Origin: Phoronis australis
Taxonomy: Eukaryota > Animalia > Phoronida
Direction: 5' to 3'
Assembly: GCA_002633005.1 (NCBI GenBank)
Contig: NMRA01000452.1
Span: 30,767-94,766 of the forward strand
DNA: 64,000 nt
The notes beneath the pieces were generated by a model, which saw nothing but the letters and a program-made list of their open reading frames with translations, was not told the DNA's origin and made no database searches. A program made the translations under genes and the position numbers. Positions within the stretch are counted from its first letter, which is position 1, and the number at the start of each line of letters is the position of its first letter. Positions 24,001 through 34,180 of this stretch are shown here, piece after piece.

Positions 24001-27000
24001 AAAGTGGCTAACCTATTAGTGATACCAGTGTTCTTCCCCAGGGGGCGCTGTTATCTCTCCTCGCCGTTAAGTGACTTACATTAAGAGTAAGTGGATACTG
24101 TTAAGGAAAATTTCTGTAAATAGCCTGACATAAAACCGTTAAAATGTTGGAGTAATTAATTTAGTCAGATTTAAACAATTTCTTGTACATTAACTTGTCA
24201 AAGCTCTGAGTGTTGTCCAGTTTGTACTCAGTGGAATTCACTTAGTAACCATTCATCAGGTAACCGGTGCTTTGTGGTGAAAAGCAGTGCTAACGACAAG
24301 CTCAACTGGACCGAGGCCATGGCTGCCTGCCGAGCAGCTGGCGACAAGCCTGGCTTTGACATGGCATCCATCACCAGTCTGGAAGAACAAGGTAGGCTTG
24401 ATGATTGGCACATTATACATGTCTTGCTTGCACCGTCATTGCTTAAAGGTATAGACCCACACTTCCCCATGTTCACCTTTGCAGGTGTTCATAGGGTTGC
24501 ACACCCTGAACTCGTCTATAAGCAAATATGGGGGAATGCTTGGCTGCTAACATCATTCTTTGACGAAAGATCTCGTCGATCCCATAATTTGTTTCGCAAA
24601 ACTTGTGGTGGACGGACACACTTTTTGAGATGTTCACTAATTACAGAGGCAAATGGATCCCCTCCCCCACTGCCTGATGGTCACAGAATGTGCCAAAAAA
24701 TAATCCCCAGATATTTGTAATCGTGTGGGTGCTTTGCTTCTAAGAAACCGTGATTTTTCACAGAAGTCGTTGCAATTTCCTCAAATATGAATTTTTTTTA
24801 CGAAATTTTGCACATTCCGTTTCTTCATTGTAATACCTGGAAGAGCATGTCTATCCTTTTAGCATGAGAACTCCACTGGTAAGGACAAAGATTTCCATTA
24901 TTCCTAACAAACAGAAGCCTTGATTTTTGACTGGTGAGTCTTCACACTAAAGGCCCTTTTAAGAAAATCCCAGACACACTTTTCTAGCAAATAGAATACC
25001 TAAAGGAAAAAATTTAAAGGTGTCGTGCAAAAAATTCATCTTTTTGGAAATGATGACGATTTGGTGAAAAACCTAATTTATTTAAGAACACATGGTCACA
25101 TGAGCCAATCAAGGAAAGATTTATACATTAAGCCCAATTCTCACTTTCTACTCGTAGAAAAAAGGTAACTGTCACAATCTAAATTTGAAATATTTGGTTA
25201 GTTGCACAAACTCACATTAACCTTTATGCCCAAACTGTGGAGTGTTCCAGAAGCTTGTTTACACTGAAACAACATTATTAACTTGGATATTGATACAAAG
25301 TTCAACATAACCGCAGTAAATAAGCGAACACTTTCTGCATATTCATTACGCAAGTCTTAACTCTAGCCAGAGGGCTATACAGTCTTCACTTTAGCCAGAG
25401 AGCTGAACACCACAGACTAGAAGCAGAAAAAAGCAAACAAAACTGGCTTCATTCAATCTTATCTTATGTGCAAGACAGTGCCGTTTCACATTAAGTGCCA
25501 TAATGCAATCTATATTTACGCACGTATGCCAAATCAATTCAAATTCCAAACAGATATGAGATCCAAGGTTGTATATTATGACAAAGGACAATTCTACAGA
25601 TAACGTGAAACTGTTATTGAGAAGGTGAGTGACATTGGTAAAGACAAAGCTCTTCTAATAACTTAAAAGTTAAATGAATTTGTGACGTCTTTGTATTGTT
25701 CTTAGTGTGCGGCTTCCAGGTCGTTAACACTGGTTCATTAACTGTTGCTTTACTTAATGACTTGTAGTTTCTCATCAAAGCATCTATTGTCTTTTGGATA
25801 TTAACTAAGAATCAGTCTATGGATGGCTTTGCCTGTTTCTCGGAATGAGGCTGATGACGAAAAGTCAGAAAACCTGTCTTCAACTCGAAGCTAAAAGACA
25901 GAAACCCATCGCCTGCTTGGGAGCAGACTAAATCTTAAATCAAAAGACAAAAAATCAACTTTTGGCTACAGTCTCTTTGATAAGCAGTCCTCTGAGCTGA
26001 TGTGATGTACTGTCATAATTTGAACTAGAGAGGGTGTTGATTTCTATTTTTCTGCAAAAGGTGATCTTTTTTTAAACAAATACATGCTGCACATTAGTAC
26101 TGTTGTTTATTGTGCAGAGTTGATTGCTGTGAAAGGTAGTGACATGAGACCAGTTTGACAGCTATAAGTGTGCGGCCTCATTCCAATATTGATAGTTGTG
26201 TTAGTATGGGAATGAAAAATGACAGCGTACATCTTTAACGAAATGATGCTAAACTGACCTGTCATTTCAATTCAGGGAATTTTTTCACCATTTTCTGCCT
26301 AGGCACTTTTATTTTTTCACTGTTTTCTCTTAATTGGCATACTACACTTCTGCCTACTTAAAAAATATTCGACAAATTGCTCCTAAATCATCTCCATCTG
26401 CGCAGTCTGGCTAACTATGGAACTTAAATTTGAGTTTGATATACCGGTACTGCTACATTTTAGACAGACAGTCAGTGTAAATTGCTTCGTATCTTATTGT
26501 TTTCTGGCTTCAGTCGTCATTGTCAGTGTAGAAAGATAATAATTTGAACGGACTGTGAATCTCTGTTAGTCCCAAACTGGTATGAGTTGCTGCACAATGG
26601 ATAATTATGTTCTATCTTTCAAAGGTTAGAACCAAACTTCTTTGAACAGATTTTACAACAATGGTGCAGCTTTACACATAGTAGTGAGGTGCATACTTAA
26701 CACCCACCAGTAACAATAATTTTTCTCTGTTGCTTTGTTCCTCAGCCCAGGTGACCCTATTGATGCATGGCATCACCGACGATGTCTGGATTGGGCTCAG
26801 CGACCTCGACTTCCATCATAAGTTCCTATGGGTGGACAACCAGCCAGTAGATGTCACCTATTGGAGTAAGGGTCAGCCGGACGGCAAGAGTTTTGGTGCT
26901 AGCGCCTCTAAGCAGGTAACACAGGTTCTTCATGTTTTAATTAATGAACAAGTTTCCTTGGCAGGCATTTATTTAAATCTGCTTACTACTAGTTATACAA

Positions 27001-30000
27001 AATATCCTGTGTAACCCTCCTGTTGATTGGCTGTGCCATGAATTTTACTCTCAAAACAAATCCTTCAGGACATCAGCATGGAGGCAGATGTGGAGTCAAA
27101 TATATAAAAAATAAACTAAGCTTGCCATTAGGGGGTGCACCAGTTGTCTGGTCCATCCAAAAATCACTAACATCGGCAGCCAGCTTCATAGGAACACACT
27201 TCATAGGAACACATTTCATAGGAACACACTTCCAAGTTTCGTGATGCTGCAAGCAGTTTAGGAGATACACCTGGGGACTCCAGATGCCCATACTGAGACT
27301 ACAGGAATATGCATGCACCCACATGATGCAAGACTGCTAACTGTTATTCCTATTCTACGTACTTTCAGAACCTAACAAATCGCTACGTACTCATTTTTTT
27401 TTCAAATGTTATGGATTTTGAGCATTTATTTTTCTTCAAAATAAAAACAGATGAAAGTTGAAAATATCTTCTTTAAAACTACCAATGTTGTGACGTGCCA
27501 CATCAGAGAAGATCGAGACAGGAAGTAGTGGAAAGCGAGGGAAATTGTCGAGAACACAGGATCCAACCAGTAAGACCTATCATGAGTACCAGACAGTGTA
27601 GAATGCAGTTTGCATACAAAATTTCCCTTTTGTGATTGGTCAGTTGCATTTTTTTGTAAAGGACTGGCCAATGAAAAATGCGCTTACTTGGTTTTGCATT
27701 GTGGGATGTCGTATACTTTGAATATGTGTTAGGATGTCGAGAGCAAAATATCAGAAACAAGTACACCAATGAGTTTAAAAAACAGGAATTAAAAATAAAT
27801 GGGTTTAATCACACTGTCTGCAACATTGAGAACCCTGACTCCTGCAACACCATTATGAATCGGGAATTATGAGATATCGGGATTTGTGGCACCGTGATGG
27901 TGTGGGAAGAAATCAACCATGCCAACAGCAAAAGCTGAAAAGCATCAACGGGATGAGCTGAATTATTATGTAATGTTCCTCTTTTAGTAAAAAAACGATA
28001 TGAAATTGAAAATTGTTGTTTTGATGTGTATCGATCCGTCTTGCGATTGGAACTTGAACTTTTGGAAATCGGACAAGCTTTCGCTGGCAAAATACGGATT
28101 TTTAACATGAAGAATACAGAATATGTCCTGAAGGTATTGGCAGCCCTGACAATATGTAATGTCGGTGCATAAAACTAGTTGTTTTGGTTCGTGTTTCGGG
28201 TGAAGTCTTTGAGTTTGTGTTGATAACTACACTTCATGATACCAAGGACAGAGTGAAGTTTATTGATTGGTTCAAGGAAGATCAGTCATGGCTTCTAACT
28301 GTATTTGCTCCTGTTTGAAGTTGGCAATTTCAGTATGATCTCAATAGTGTTGCATAGATCTATAAAACTGGGTCAAAGGTCAGAGTTTCTAATGTCGTAT
28401 GCTCCATGCTGTAGTTGTCAAGATAACATGATTGTCCTTGATTGTTCAAGCTATGTCGGTTACAATGAAGCTGGATGTTTGGAAATGATTTTCATTGAAT
28501 GTTCAATCACTAGATCAAGTGCCATACGTGCATTCTTTGTAGGACTGTGCTGTGTTGCTTGTCAAAGACCAAAAGGCGGGTGAATGGGCAGACACTGACT
28601 GTTCCTCCAGGCGGGGCTACGTCTGTGAGGCTGTAAGAGGTAATGTCTCAGCTACCATGTTGCTTACAGTGCTCAGTTTAGCGCCATCTTGTCATCACTG
28701 ATGTTTCACAGTTCAACCACATTCTTGTGAATATCTGTCAAACGCTGCACATTCGGCATTGTGATATTTTCGCCATTCCTTGAACAGTGCACACCAAAAA
28801 TGTCCCAGAATTTCACTGTTGTGGAGACTGAGAGCAGGCAGAATTCATTATCATAGTAGTATTTGCTAACGATAATTTTCAAAGTTAATTCATCAATGCA
28901 CTAAATTTGATGATCATCCAATGCAAAAAACACAACTATCTCTTTTCTATTCGAACTTGTTTCAATTCATGTTAAAACTCAACAAGATCTTGACCCATGT
29001 TTCTCACACTTTTCATTAAAATTGTGGCAACTTGCAACTTAATTGTCATAATAAAAATGCACTTTGTCAAACAAAAGGAAGAATTTAAAGTGATGTCAAT
29101 TACACTAAGTGTTTATTTGAGAATGGGATAGCAAATTAATTTGTGGCTATTTCCACAAAGTGCGTGGAGCAACACCTTTTGCTGGAACTGAAATGGGCTC
29201 CAGTTGAAAAAAATAGATAAATATAGTCACGGTTTTGTGCATTAATACCTTGTTGAATATCAATGTTGTCTAGTTCATTTTGAAAACGTCTGTATAAAAT
29301 ATTGCAAAAGACATAGAACGGATTTTTGGTGTTGTATGGTTTGCAGACGTTACTAATGTTCACCCATCTATGGAGCCAACCCCTGTCTGCCCAGAGGGTT
29401 ACCGAGCCCTGGCTGAAGGCTGTTATCGTTTGGACACAACACCACAGACGTGGACAGCTGCCCGCAAGTCATGTCAAGACCATGGTGGAGAACTTATGTC
29501 AATCAGCAATGGCTATGAAGAGGCATTGGCTGTGCTGATGACATTACAAGCTGACGTCATGAACCCTGTATGGATTGGACTGTCCAAGATGAAGGTGTGT
29601 TATGTTATGGTGTAGGCATTGGATCTACTTTTTACTGGGAAACATTCATTCTTGTAATTTGCTTTTTGTCAACACAGTGCTTTAACAACGCCTAGGCATT
29701 CGTATTTTTGGCTTTCAAAAAGAATGATCAGATCTTGTGTTTGTGAGAACTGGCAAATCTTTGTTTAAGGTATTTGCTCACAAAATTCTGTTGGTCTATT
29801 GAAACCAACTTCTGGCCCATTTACGTTGGCACAACATCTCCGTCGGGCATTTCACCAGTTATCTTCAGGTGTTACAATGTTCTTAGAAGAACAATGACTG
29901 TGTGTGTTTTGGTTAGAAACTGTGAACAACTGACTGTTATTGACTTCTGGTGGTCTGAGATATATTGTATTTCGAGGCCTGGAGTATTGAGTAACTGAAG

Positions 30001-32964
30001 TGCACAACCTTTCCACTACTTTAACAGAACAATAAAGACTTCAGATGGTCTGATGGGTGGCCTATGATCTTCAACAAATGGGGTCGTCATAGTTCTTCAT
30101 CGTCTACGTCAAACCAAGACTGCGCCGCACTCACCATCAGTAGAGATCGAGACGAGTGGATAAAGACAAGCTGTACTAACAAATATGCCAGTGTCTGCGA
30201 GATCAATCATGGTAAACTAAAACAGTTTATGCTACGTTCAGGGCTTGGAATTTTCCTCTTTTACGAAGATTTTCTCTTTTTTATTTTGATTTCCTCTTAT
30301 TTAATTTCTGATTTCCTCTTATTTAATTTCTAATTTCCTCTTTTTTCGTCTATTGTCATTGTTTAGACTTTATTCATGCAAAAACATTAATCTCACTTAT
30401 ATTTTACAACGCAAACAACATTTCTGTCGCACAAACCTTTTTATTTGTGGAACGATCCATCACCTGGGAAATTTTCCTCTATTATGTCAGCAACGCCGCC
30501 GCCTTACCCAACCGAGGGTCCAGGGCAGTGCCCCAGCGACCAGTGGCACTCATTTGCCGGTCACTGTTACTACCTGGACATGAACAGGTACAGCTCGTGG
30601 GCAGAGGCAAGCTTCACCTGTACTTACCTGGCCTACGGAGCTACATTGGCCAGTATCACTAGTGTGCAGGAGCAGGATTACATCCTGGGCCTCATAAACA
30701 GCCTGTCAACATACCGCACAAGTCTTTGGATCGGGATGCACCGTCGGGCCGATCTACTAAGTAAGCACCAAAAACCTGACCTCAGTGTCATTGCGAGCAA
30801 TCAAGCTGATTGTTACCTCTGAGCTAGATAGAAGTTTGTTATCTATACTGCTGCCATCTATTGTTATTGCCATCTGACACCGTTGCACTCAAAATGTTTC
30901 ACAGTTCTTCTAGGGACCAAATGGAGTTGATCAATTGTTGATGTAGTCAGATACTCCACTATAAAGTCATTCTACTTCATTTTGAATGTGCCCCCCAAAA
31001 TGGCTCTGTATTGGGCTTCAAAGAAATTTGTTCACGTGTATGATAATTTACTGGTAATTCGAAAATAAATTGCAGCTAAGCAGTAATAGTGTTTCCTCAC
31101 TGCATAGATAACTATTAATGCTGTCTCTACTCCTGCACAGACACGTTTGTTTGGGACGACCAGAGTCCTGTGACTTTCACCAACTGGCGGGCTGCCAACC
31201 CAGTCACCGTCCGTTACCGTAGCGATAGTGGTGAGAACTGTGTCCAGATGAGGCTCTCTGGTGAATGGGAGGACGTTCGTTGCAGCTCATCTCAGGGATA
31301 TGTGTGCAAAGTGCCAAAGAGTAAGTCCATAGGAAACTCCCTTCAGATCCCTTTTATTTGTTTCTGGTTTATTCGTGGTATTAAAAGTGTTCTCCCACTT
31401 GGGTGTGTCTTGAACTATTTTGAACCTATATGAAATGCCTCTATTGTCGTTAGACTTGGTGTAAGGGGAACAATCTTTGTTTCCATCAGTGTTCAGAATA
31501 ACTCTGCAATAGTGTAACCACTAGCTGTTCTCTATTAGATTTCCCCTGAAAGCTGTGTTTTCCCATTGTTCAAACTAGTTTGACTGAAAATCGCATGTTT
31601 TATACCTTTCAGTCAACTTGGGTAATCTGGTTTAAAGCTAGTGTAAAGCTGCCTTCCGCTGAAAAGACTTTTCATTAGACCATTTACTGTTATAAAACTA
31701 TTCAGGTTAAAAGCAATTTCTAGGCTTGAGAAGAAATCACAGGTCATTATTGCTTGAGGTGAGACTGGTGCCTGTTAATAAAGCTTTTGAGCCGTGTTTT
31801 CAGTAATAATGAAATGTCAGTCCTTCCCATGCCTTCAAATCACTTTTGGTCTTTGCACAGACAGATTCCATTACGGAAATTGTCGAATTCCTGGGGAGAG
31901 CCAAGTAAGGCAAGTTTAGACCAATTTTGTAGTGGATGGTCTCAACGAACAATTTGCTTTCGATAAAAGGGAGTCTCGTAGTAGCTTAAGAATTGATACA
32001 AATAACACTTCAGACATCTGTCATCATTTTTGTGTTCATGCTTTGCAGTTCTGCCCTCCACAGTGAGTTCACCAAGCTCAAGGCCACAAACAACTCATGT
32101 AGCGCCACCTGGTAAGTACTACCTATCTACACAAGTGTGGACAGGGTTGCCTTATTTGTGAAATTCTAGGAAAATGAAATTGATTCTGTGCTCTCTTCAG
32201 GGACATGTAAAAATTTTGACACTTGAAACATGACTGTAAAGTAGTTTTCAGAAAAGTTCCCATAGCTTCATTTTGATTTTAGTCATGACTTTGCTGGAGC
32301 TACGTGAATTTCGCCAAAAATTTATCCACCGTTTTGAAAACTACACACTGTACTTTGCGAAGGCATTTCTAACTGCTCTGACATTTTGCCTGAAAAATTC
32401 CAATGGCCATAATTTCAGTTGTACATCCTTGGATCACACAAAATATAATTCTTTATCTCTAATATGTTTAACCCATGGCTTATTGTTCGACTGTTAGGTG
32501 AATTTTTCTTCCTTATTGCATAATATTATGAATAAGTTTGTCAATTCAGTTATTTTTAACAAATTTTGAAAAAAGTTTCCGTAGCATACTCCTGCTATCC
32601 TGTATACCTGTCAATTGAAACTCTGTTGTCTGCCGCGCAATGGTTACGCTCTGTAGTGATTCCAGAGAAACACAGCACAAACAATGATGGCATCATCGCC
32701 GGCGCAGTTCTCGGCACAATAGGAATCCTTGCTCTGGTGGCGCTGGTCGCCATAGTCTTGTACAAGTCGCGTTCCAAAAAACACCCAATCAACTTGGTCG
32801 ACAATGCGATCTACTCTCGTTCGACTGACTCTATTGATCTATCGAAGCATGATGAGACATCTCATCACAGTTCCATGACAACGCTGCACAGTGGTCTACC
32901 TGGTGGGTCATACAGTAACCCTGTGTACACAGGAGCTACAGACATCGCCAGCAGTTTGACGTAG
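1..32964 (+). CDS. Multi-C-type-lectin-domain type-I membrane receptor (mannose receptor/DEC-205-like), 5'-truncated by the window; 30 exons, at least 10 CTLDs + ShKT + TM + cytoplasmic tail
   Basis: Hand-assembled GT-AG exons (listed below) join in one frame with no internal stop: 4767 nt, about 1588 aa. Repeated CTLD hallmarks (C-Y, LASI, WIGL, W.DG, EPN/QPD, W.D..C....VC), Pro/Thr linkers, hydrophobic TM and NPVY tail. Confidence 0.93.
557..615 (+). CDS. Lectin receptor exon, CTLD1: YSYWDRVWIGLSKHGSDRK
   Basis: ttcag acceptor, gtaagt donor, WIGL motif. Confidence 0.88.
616..882. repeat. Intronic tandem repeat, unit about 90-100 bp
   Basis: ctgattgtagagat...gtaagacaacatagggggagctgt recurs three times. 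Confidence 0.85.
1610..1819 (+). CDS. Lectin receptor exon, CTLD1 C-half (QPD...WRD) + Pro/Thr linker
   Basis: YTWTDGSPFDYANWDTDQPDDHNGMEECVEFNEKARRWRDKNCYVAMNYVCQID; AG/GT flanks. Confidence 0.93.
2306..2425 (+). CDS. Lectin receptor exon encoding a ShKT (ShK toxin-like) domain
   Basis: PNCRDENKYCGDWARKGECEKNPGYMLLKCKKSCGKCGG: six Cys in the ShKT pattern; tgcag acceptor, GT donor; 120 nt, phase 1-1. Confidence 0.9.
2952..3133 (+). CDS. Lectin receptor exon, CTLD2 N-half
   Basis: CNNEIGWYNHTYFCYYVSPNYGTNSRLTWTQARQWCMDNGGDLASIHSAEQNNFL. Confidence 0.92.
4202..4370 (+). CDS. Lectin receptor exon, CTLD2 (WIGL, EPN)
   Basis: QWIGLSELSYDGYRWSDGSPLNYRNWAPHEPNKEFGGQKC; gtgagt donor. Confidence 0.92.
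4858..4992 (+). CDS. Lectin receptor exon, CTLD2 end / linker / CTLD3 start
   Basis: GWKDENCGEKMGFMCKR...PGFCPQGF. Confidence 0.92.
5602..5730 (+). CDS. Lectin receptor exon, CTLD3 N-half
   Basis: NKCYKVFGKDPDRRRNFTDAIKSCRSMGVRYDLASITSHQEQ. Confidence 0.9.
6445..6602 (+). CDS. Lectin receptor exon, CTLD3 (YIGF, EPN)
   Basis: PYIGFNDMKQHNQFRWVDNSDVSETFWGHGEPNG; gtaagt donor. Confidence 0.9.
6558..6843 (+). repeat. Degenerate 47-61 bp tandem repeat derived from an exon end and its splice donor
   Basis: Units start ttctggggaca at about 6558, 6619, 6680, 6727, 6774 and 6832. Confidence 0.75.
6930..7112. repeat. 18-bp minisatellite (gtcggacgtgctcatgca)n
   Basis: About ten units seen directly. 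Confidence 0.95.
7142..7238 (+). CDS. Lectin receptor exon, CTLD3 end (WAD)
   Basis: DCTVLQTKKYRVGSWADVECTEKRAYVCQ. Confidence 0.92.
8758..8993 (+). CDS. Lectin receptor exon, CTLD4 N-half
   Basis: CRPGYQPFGGSCYF...DHGGDLVSINNGFEQAFV...IWIGL. Confidence 0.93.
9636..9810 (+). CDS. Lectin receptor exon, CTLD4 C-half (EPM...WND)
   Basis: FRWSDNWPVTYTMWKKGEPMRDPKSTCVIMMNPDGLWNDTVCDLSLPSVCEIN. Confidence 0.93.
10785..11045 (+). CDS. Lectin receptor exon, CTLD5 N-half
   Basis: CPRDWQPFGANCYWF...LVSVHSQADEEFV...VWVGL. Confidence 0.93.
11581..11757 (+). CDS. Lectin receptor exon, CTLD5 C-half (no sugar motif)
   Basis: FAWTDGSPVDF...NCFRFQPDGSWSHERCDSTGRSVCK. Confidence 0.9.
11883..11956 (+). CDS. 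Lectin receptor exon, linker / CTLD6 start
   Basis: VPVTTPPPPPCPSVWSYVNGKCYK. Confidence 0.9.
12114..13195 (+). mobile_element. Helentron/HINE-like non-autonomous element (related sequence at 63436-64000)
   Basis: T-run then palindrome atgctctcacata-ttta-tatgtgagagcat; internal motifs atctcctaaac and cctagtgg shared with 63436-64000; right end tentative. Confidence 0.55.
12718..12852. mobile_element. Two tRNA-derived SINE-like heads in inverted orientation
   Basis: Plus strand: A-box tagtggttaagg and B-box ggttcaagtcc. Minus strand: tggtgtagtggtt and ggttcaaatcc. 30-bp arms with one mismatch. Confidence 0.7.
13504..13687 (+). CDS. Lectin receptor exon, CTLD6 N-half
   Basis: KNWFNARDHCESLGAQLASFHD...LWVGL. 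Confidence 0.92.
14542..14754 (+). CDS. Lectin receptor exon, CTLD6 C-half (QPN...WRD)
   Basis: WSDGTPYDYTNWETGQPNNHNGAERCVEFNVRSKQWRDKNC. Confidence 0.93.
14918..15112. repeat. 57-bp minisatellite
   Basis: ccaaagtattca...ccagaattccctgtcatgatggctgaa, about 3.5 units. Confidence 0.93.
15452..15633 (+). CDS. Lectin receptor exon, CTLD7 N-half
   Basis: CGDPKWIAYNNQCYYVAPDYGTEAKLSWQGARNWC...LTSIH; same 182-nt length as 2952-3133. Confidence 0.93.
15824..17559 (+). mobile_element. TIR DNA element (cagaggcggatctacg...cgtagatccgcccctg) spanning an assembly gap, 5-bp TSD TCCCG
   Basis: TIRs and the TCCCG duplication seen directly; short sister copy at 48572-48828. Confidence 0.8.
16001..16986. other. 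Assembly gap (N run)
   Basis: 986 N. Confidence 1.
18137..18204 (+). CDS. Lectin receptor exon, CTLD7 (WIGL)
   Basis: LGKKSRQEKMWIGLNKLNYAGW; tttcag acceptor, gtaag donor. Confidence 0.88.
20621..20721 (+). CDS. Lectin receptor exon, CTLD7 (EPN)
   Basis: WADGSPTDMINWSENEPNDVIGGQSCVDLYIFN. Confidence 0.92.
20776..20868. repeat. 19-bp minisatellite (actagtgacgtgttcacgg)n
   Basis: Five units. Confidence 0.95.
21245..21379 (+). CDS. Lectin receptor exon, CTLD7 end (WND) / CTLD8 start
   Basis: HWNDDNCGEKLGYVCQR...PGFCPLGY. Confidence 0.93.
21693..22390 (+). mobile_element. hAT-like non-autonomous element, partial (starts cagggctgccaa)
   Basis: TIR-like start; internal similarity to 27329-28148. 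Confidence 0.6.
23545..23672. repeat. 20-bp minisatellite (acccagggtatgtgacatta)n
   Basis: About six degenerate units. Confidence 0.88.
24260..24391 (+). CDS. Lectin receptor exon, CTLD8 N-half
   Basis: NRCFVVKSSANDKLNWTEAMAACR...DMASITSLEEQ. Confidence 0.9.
26746..26915 (+). CDS. Lectin receptor exon, CTLD8 (WIGL, QPD)
   Basis: VWIGLSDLDFHHKFLWVDNQPVDVTYWSKGQPDG. Confidence 0.92.
27184..27232. repeat. 15-bp tandem repeat (cttcataggaacaca) x3
   Basis: Seen directly. Confidence 0.9.
27329..28148 (+). mobile_element. hAT-like non-autonomous element (ends ttggcagccctg)
   Basis: Degenerate left TIR caagactgctaa, intact right TIR; flanks acatgatg/acaatatg match 6 of 8; homologous to 21693-22390. 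Confidence 0.6.
28543..28639 (+). CDS. Lectin receptor exon, CTLD8 end (WAD)
   Basis: DCAVLLVKDQKAGEWADTDCSSRRGYVCE; 97 nt like 7142-7238. Confidence 0.92.
29347..29594 (+). CDS. Lectin receptor exon, CTLD9 N-half
   Basis: CPEGYRALAEGCYRL...DHGGELMSISNGYEEA...VWIGL. Confidence 0.93.
30028..30211 (+). CDS. Lectin receptor exon, CTLD9 C-half (sugar motif replaced by a Ser run)
   Basis: FRWSDGWPMIFNKWGRHSSSSSTSNQDCAAL...WIKTSCTNKYASVCEIN. Confidence 0.92.
30491..30760 (+). CDS. Lectin receptor exon, CTLD10 N-half
   Basis: CPSDQWHSFAGHCYY...LASITSVQEQDYI...LWIGM. Confidence 0.93.
31141..31320 (+). CDS. Lectin receptor exon, CTLD10 C-half
   Basis: FVWDDQSPVTFTNW...ENCVQMRLSGEWEDVRCSSSQGYVCK. 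Confidence 0.93.
32049..32111 (+). CDS. Lectin receptor exon, Ser/Thr/Pro stalk
   Basis: LPSTVSSPSSRPQTTHVAPP; ttgcag acceptor, gtaagt donor; 63 nt, phase 1-1. Confidence 0.75.
32657..32964 (+). CDS. Lectin receptor last coding exon: TM helix + cytoplasmic tail
   Basis: GIIAGAVLGTIGILALVALVAIVLY followed by basic KSRSKK; VDNAIY and YSNPVY motifs; TAG stop. Confidence 0.9.
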
Positions 32965-33961
32965 TAAGACACAGAGCTGCAACACACCTGCATGATACTG
33001 CTGTACGCTGGATCGTCTGATTCTTGGGTACGTGAACCCAGCAGCTGTACTTTGCAGAATCAGTAGATGGTGCATCTTAATTGTGTGAAAATTTATCTTT
33101 TTATTGTTTTGGTTACTATGATTTATGAGATATTAAATCTGGCGTGTTTGCTGAGTAAAATGAGTTTATAAGTTCAATTTGATGGACCCAAGTTTGGCCA
33201 ATAACATAAAATCCAACCACATGATTTGTATGTGATACCTTCTACTTGGTCCAAGTACAAATGTCCTCGCATTATCCAGCAATTTTCGGGTAAAAACCAA
33301 ATCGTTGTCCTCAAAAATCTGTGGTCATCAGTCTGCTTACTTTTGTTGAAGTTTTTTTTTGTTGATTACAAATAGAGGTGTGTTGGAAAATATTCAAGAC
33401 TTTGTGAAAGACCCCTAGAATCTTGTCTATGTTCAATTCCAAACAATTCAAAACGGCTCAAAGGTGGTGAAAGTCAAGGATTCAACAGCTTTGAAGAATT
33501 TTTGATGCCATGCGAAGTTTTAGAACCTTTTGAGTGTGTTAGAATGCCTGCAGGTTCAGAGATAACTTTCTTGTTAGCATTTTAGAAGTCATTTTGACGA
33601 AGTGTTGTTTGCAAAACTGCTTTGGTTGTTTCCTTAAAATGTCAGTAAATGTAGCTGGTCATGTTGTTTTTGACTCTCTCTTGCATTAGGGACAGGCTCT
33701 CAGAAACATTTTGGGGTTCATTATCAGCTCAAGCAATCTATGATAATAATGACCTTCACCTTTATTTATTTAGATTATAGTGTGGTCAGTTGTTTCCAAA
33801 GGTGTGCAATGAAGTTTTCAGTTCCTTGTTAAATATACAACCCCTTAATTTTGAAAAACATATTTTTCTTGACGTTTCATCTTCTGTAGAACCTGTTATG
33901 CACTCAAGGATTTAAGGTGCTGTCTTTTTGTACAATGTCTCTGTATGACCTTTGCAACATA

Positions 33962-33967
33962 AATAAA
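33962..33967 (+). terminator. Candidate polyadenylation signal of the lectin receptor gene
   Basis: AATAAA about 1 kb after the stop codon, followed by a GT/CT-rich stretch. Confidence 0.45.
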
Positions 33968-34180
33968 GCCAATTTCATGTACAACTGTGTCCTCCTTCAT
34001 CACTGACTGGTGTTTACAGCGATTGGTCCGATGTTTGACTGATAAGCAGTTCTCGCCGAGCGTAGGCATGCCTACTCAAGGAAAACGTCTTGCGTAATGT
34101 CTGCTTTAATGCACTAGTCAGTGGCTACAAAGCCTTAGCTTTTGATGAACCATTCTCTATATAGCTGACTTTTGTGACTT

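Noticed and set aside
25850-25880. CTGATGA...GAAAAC as a hammerhead
   Set aside because: No credible stem II
31861-31910. Possible extra exon giving a soluble, TM-less isoform
   Set aside because: AG/GT flanks exist but the phases do not fit the chain and there is no homology support
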